Shown here piece by piece: positions 59,162-64,000 of a stretch of 64,000 nt of DNA. The position numbers were made by a program, and so were the translations under genes. The notes under the pieces are model-generated. The model saw only the letters and a program-made list of their open reading frames with translations. It was not told the DNA's origin and did no database searches. Each line of letters opens with the position of its first letter. Positions within the stretch are counted from its first letter, which is position 1. The stretch is taken from NCBI GenBank assembly GCA_963749495.1, contig CAVVMW010000014.1, positions 576,001 through 640,000 of the forward strand. Reading direction: 5' to 3'. This DNA is from an uncultured bacterium. GTDB taxonomy: Bacteria > Verrucomicrobiota > Verrucomicrobiia > Limisphaerales > UBA8199.

Positions 59162-59256
59162 TTGCAAATCGCCACACTTGGTCGGACCCGCAGCGGCATT
59201 CCGGCCCTGCTCTGGGCAGGATCGTCAAGCCTCAGCCCGCTGGCACAGCGATTGCT
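59162..59256 (+). promoter_or_regulatory. Sigma54 promoter with upstream TTGCA-type site
   Basis: Consensus TGGCACAGCGATTGCT 59241-59256; TTGCAAATCGCCA 59162-59174. Confidence 0.75.
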
Positions 59257-59276
59257 TGTCCTCCTGTGAACTGAAA

Positions 59277-59702
59277 ATGCGCACTGGCCAGACCCAACTC
59301 AAAACCCTGCAAGCCCAGGCCCATCCTTTCTGCCTGGTTTGCAGTGGATCCAACCCCTATGGTTTGGCACTGGAATTCGAGGTCAACGAGGATGGCAGCG
59401 TCACCACGTCATTTCTCGCAAACCCGGCCCTGGAAGGCTATCGGGGACTGCTGCACGGAGGGATGATCGCCTCGCTCTTGGATGGAGCCATGACCAACTG
59501 CTTGTTCGCTCACGGTCTGTTGGCGGTCACTGCGGAATTAAAAGTGCGTTATCACGGGCCCGTCCTAATCGGATGCGAGATGGCCGTCCGTGCCTGGATA
59601 GAAGAACGGCATGCGCCGCTCTACCTCATGCGGGCTGAGTTGAATCAGAACGGTCGCGTCAAAGCCACCGCCTCCGGCAAATTCGTGGAACAGCATGCCT
59701 GA
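59277..59702 (+). CDS. PaaI-family (hotdog-fold) thioesterase with CxxC
   Basis: CLVCSGSNPYGL..GYRGLLHGGMIASLLDGAM..VTAELKVRY. Confidence 0.9.
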   Translation: MRTGQTQLKTLQAQAHPFCLVCSGSNPYGLALEFEVNEDGSVTTSFLANPALEGYRGLLHGGMIASLLDGAMTNCLFAHGLLAVTAELKVRYHGPVLIGCEMAVRAWIEERHAPLYLMRAELNQNGRVKATASGKFVEQHA

Positions 59703-60352
59703 GACTGTTGCCATCGGGTGAACATCAGCGCCGGATGCCAACTCGACACGGCCTTGGCCGGGAGCTGTCCTTCGGGCAGGCCCTCCATCCGACAATTCTG
59801 CCCGCGGGCAATCGCACCGGATTGGCACGCGCGAGAGCGGCCTCATTGTGCCAACCCCCTGCGCCTTCGAGATGCACCGTGGTCGTCTGGCGCGGCGCAA
59901 TGACTGCCGGTACGGTCTGTGAGATCAAAATCTGGGCCGGGTATCCTGCGCGGGGGTCCTGCGGGAAACTGTTGGCATCGTGAGGTTGTTCTGTTGCGAA
60001 ATGACGGCCAGCCACGTGCGCTGAGGGCCGCGCGCCTTGACGCTCGCACCGAAGCTCACCCCAGCCCGATGATGGAACGCCGCATTATCGTCCTCGACGT
60101 TTCGGGCTGCCAGCGCCAGCTCTTCTCGCCAAACGACGATTTTGGCATCACCACGCGGCGCGCTCCGCTTTTCTTCGTGGACATGCACCTGCACACGGGC
60201 GAACTCCTGCAAGTGCATGACCTGGCCGCCCGAAGCGGCTGGGGCATGGTGCCAGCGCCCATGTTCCAGGTTCGGCGTGAATCCAGGCCCTCGGCGCAGG
60301 CAGCGGTGTGTTTTTGGTTGCCGGTAATCTCGGTCGGTGGCACTATAGCCGT

Positions 60353-60422
60353 GGCAATGGAGTTTGCCTTCTCGCGCCGCGAGAGAACCGCCTGATCGGT
60401 TTCAGTGCTGATAACTCCTACC
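60353..60422 (+). ncRNA. Fluoride riboswitch (crcB motif)
   Basis: GGCAATGGAGTTTGCC..AACCGC..GCTGATAACTCCTACC directly upstream of fluC; candidate TTGCCG-N17-CACTAT promoter at 60318-60346. Confidence 0.92.
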
Positions 60423-60452
60423 GCCGCCAGGTTTGTTGGCGGGGTTGGAATT

Positions 60453-60716
60453 ATGTGGAATGCACTGTGGGTTTTTATCAGCGGTGGTTTGGCCAGCCTG
60501 GCCCGGTTGGGGGCCGCCGGCGGGGTTGCCAATACTGTTGGCCCAAGCTTTCCCTGGCGCACGCTTATCGTCCATGTCAGCGGCTCGTTCTTCATCGGCC
60601 TGTTTGCCAGAGTGACCGGGCCTGAGGGCCGCTGGCTGGCGTCCGCTTCGTTCCGCCCGTTCTTCATGCCAGGGCACGTGCTGGCCCGGGAGATCAACTC
60701 GGTGAAAGGACCATGA
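60453..60716 (+). pseudogene. crcB: Fluoride channel FluC/CrcB with in-frame internal deletion
   Basis: GGLASLAR..FPWRTLIVHVSGSFFIG..FFMPG then HVLAREIN; GGxTTFS motif and TM4 missing. Confidence 0.82.
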
Positions 60717-61075
60717 ATATGCATCTTCCCCACGAAGCGATGTTGCCAAGGGTATTTATCGGGGAATCCGACCGGTGGAAACATCAGCCGCTCTACGAGG
60801 CCATCGTCATGAGGGCGCGGGAGTTGCACCTGGCCGGGGCGACGGGGCTGCGAGGACCGATGGGTTACGGGAAATCGAGCAGCCTGCATACCGCCAAGAT
60901 TCTCCGGCTTTCCATGGACCTGCCGCTGGTCATCGAGATCGTGGACATGGAGGAGAAAATCCAGGGTTTTCTGCCGGTGCTGGATGAGATGATGAAGGGC
61001 GGGTTGGTCACGCTGGAAAGGGTGCGGGTGATTGATTACCGCGCGGCCCCTGATGTAGAGGCGCCGGAGATTTGA
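60713..61075 (+). CDS. DUF190 (PII-like) protein
   Basis: RVFIGESDRW..PLYEAIV..AGAT..RGPMGYG..LSMDLPLVIEIVD. Confidence 0.9.
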   Translation: MNMHLPHEAMLPRVFIGESDRWKHQPLYEAIVMRARELHLAGATGLRGPMGYGKSSSLHTAKILRLSMDLPLVIEIVDMEEKIQGFLPVLDEMMKGGLVTLERVRVIDYRAAPDVEAPEI

Positions 61076-61087
61076 ACCGGGTTGTCT

Positions 61088-62308
61088 ATGATCGAAAACA
61101 TCTGGTTTATCGCGGCGTTCTGGATGGGACTGGCATTGCTGGCGAGCCTCATTTCGATTCGGCTGGGGATTTCGGTCGCGCTGATTGAGATCGCGGTGGG
61201 GGTTGTAGTCGGCAACATCCACTTCGGCCAGTATCACGACCTGCTGCGGACCACGGAGTGGACGAGTTTTCTGGCGATGCTCGGGAGCGGGGTGCTGACG
61301 TTCCTGGCCGGGGCGGAAATTGACCCGGCTTCGCTGCGGGCGAATTTGCGGGCGAGCATGAGCATTGGGCTGGTGTCTTTCGCGCTGCCGTTTCTCGGGG
61401 TATGGCTGTTTGCTCAAAACGTGCTGGGCTGGCCGTTAAGGCAAGCATGGATTGCGGGTATTGCGCTTTCGACAACCTCGGTGGCGGTGGTGTATGCGGT
61501 GATGATTGAAGGCGGACTGGGGAGCACGCCAATGGGCAAGACGCTGCTGGCGGCCTGCTTCATTACGGATTTTGGCACGGTGCTGGCGCTCGGGGTGTTG
61601 TTCGCAGACTTCAAAATATCGCTGGCCGTGTTTGTGGCAGTGACGGCGGTGATGCTGTGGTTCATGCCGAGGTGGACTCAGTTGATCATCAGCCGGCTGG
61701 GCGCGACGCGGGTGAGCGAGCCCGAGGTGAAGTTCATTTTCTTCGTTCTGTTCTTCCTGGGGGGCCTGGCCTCGACCGCGAAGAGCGAGGCGGTGCTGCC
61801 GGCATATTTGCTGGGTTTGGTGGTCGCCGGGGTGTTCCTGCGGGACAAAACGTTGGTGCATCGGATGCGGAGCATCGCGTTTACGATTTTCACGCCGTTT
61901 TACTTCATCAAGGCCGGGCTCTTCGTGTCGTTGCCGGCGCTGGCGGCGGCGGTGGGGGTGATCCTGGTGCTGCTGGCAATGAAGATGGCGACAAAGTTTG
62001 TCGGGGTGTGGCCGCTGTCGCGGGTGTTCTATATGCGGAAGGGCGAGGCGACTTATACGGCGCTGCTGATGTCCACGGGGCTGACGTTCGGGACGATTTC
62101 AGCGCTCTTTGGGTTGCAGAACAAGATCATTGATCAGCAGCAGTATTCGGTGCTGGTAACGGTGGTCATTTTGAGCGCGTTCGTGCCGACGCTGATCGCA
62201 CAGAAGTTTTTCCAACCGACGCTGCGGACGATGACGGCCTGGGGCAGGCTCTACAAGCGCCGGGTCAGTGACGGGACGGAATCCGCACCGCCAGCCGGTG
62301 GAACGTGA
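61088..62308 (+). CDS. Cation/H+ antiporter (Na+/H+ exchanger family)
   Basis: About twelve TMs; FLAGAEID, LSTTSVAVV, CFITD, TPFYFIKAG. Confidence 0.88.
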   Translation: MIENIWFIAAFWMGLALLASLISIRLGISVALIEIAVGVVVGNIHFGQYHDLLRTTEWTSFLAMLGSGVLTFLAGAEIDPASLRANLRASMSIGLVSFALPFLGVWLFAQNVLGWPLRQAWIAGIALSTTSVAVVYAVMIEGGLGSTPMGKTLLAACFITDFGTVLALGVLFADFKISLAVFVAVTAVMLWFMPRWTQLIISRLGATRVSEPEVKFIFFVLFFLGGLASTAKSEAVLPAYLLGLVVAGVFLRDKTLVHRMRSIAFTIFTPFYFIKAGLFVSLPALAAAVGVILVLLAMKMATKFVGVWPLSRVFYMRKGEATYTALLMSTGLTFGTISALFGLQNKIIDQQQYSVLVTVVILSAFVPTLIAQKFFQPTLRTMTAWGRLYKRRVSDGTESAPPAGGT

Positions 62309-62315
62309 CGAACGC

Positions 62316-62768
62316 ATGATGCCTATGTTCGAAAAAATACTGGTGGGTTACGACGGGTCGAAAGGCGGCACGGCCGCCCTCGAACGCGCCGCCGTGGCGG
62401 CGAAGCATTACAGCGCGGCGCTGACGGCGCTATGGGTGCGGGAACCACTGCCGCGGCACTCGGACTTGCCGGGGGAGTTCGAGGGCGAGCAGGAGGCGGC
62501 CGATGAGTATTTCAAGGAGCGGCAAAAAGAGGTCGCGGAAGTGGCCGCGCGGCATGGGGTCGGCATTGCCTGCCAGACGCGGCGGGGACACCCGGCCAAG
62601 ACGATTGTGAGTTTTGCCAGGGAGGGGAACTACGATCTGATCGTGATTGGGCACAGCGACCACTCGGAGTTGTGGGGTCGGCTGCTGGGGGACACGGCGG
62701 ACCGGGTGAGCAACCACGCGCATTGCAGCGTGCTGATTGTGAAGCATCCGGAAAAACGGGCGCCGTAG
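62316..62768 (+). CDS. Universal stress protein
   Basis: [39 protein letters not shown]. Confidence 0.92.
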   Translation: MMPMFEKILVGYDGSKGGTAALERAAVAAKHYSAALTALWVREPLPRHSDLPGEFEGEQEAADEYFKERQKEVAEVAARHGVGIACQTRRGHPAKTIVSFAREGNYDLIVIGHSDHSELWGRLLGDTADRVSNHAHCSVLIVKHPEKRAP

Positions 62769-62812
62769 AATTTAGACAGAACCTTCGAAGACAGAAAAAT
62801 GGAAATAACACT

Positions 62813-64000
<1,188 letters not shown>

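Noticed and set aside
59703..60310. Possible gene or remnant (MERRIIVLDVSGCQRQLFSP..)
   Set aside because: No recognisable family or convincing start; left unannotated

Overview
GC-rich bacterial window, most likely Verrucomicrobiota or a related PVC organism (inferred from PEP-CTERM, prepilin-type N-methylation genes and secreted proteins ending in an FYR motif). Four blocks. (1) 1-20.5 kb, minus strand: a YbhGFSR-like ABC exporter, a P1B ATPase, a CoA-disulfide reductase-rhodanese, Hcp and an Orp-like anaerobic Fe-S cluster (NifB/NifX x3, NifU-Mrp x2, MinD-ferredoxin ATPases x2, DUF89). It has sigma54 promoters and paired TTGCA-N3-TGCAA enhancer sites that fit the PAS-containing OrpR-like activator at 36-37.6 kb. 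(2) 21-31 kb: three cassettes of secreted FYR-tail or PEP-CTERM proteins plus a prepilin-type protein. Each has a metalloregulator (NikR remnant, ArsR, ModE) and a recognisable operator. (3) 39-59 kb: a hydrazine-synthase-like cluster. It holds a full-length HzsA homolog, a 10-heme c554-like/HzsB/HzsC-like fusion, four CRTAC1/FG-GAP proteins, two LivJ-like binding proteins, a nitrilase, a Rid-family protein and a DUF3365 heme protein, in an apparently non-anammox organism. (4) 60-64 kb: a fluoride-riboswitch operon with an internally deleted fluC, DUF190, a cation/H+ antiporter, a USP and enolase. About ten single-base frameshifts, mostly in short homopolymers, look like sequencing or assembly errors. 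Several truncated gene remnants point to real rearrangement. Family calls come from motif recognition only; no searches were run.
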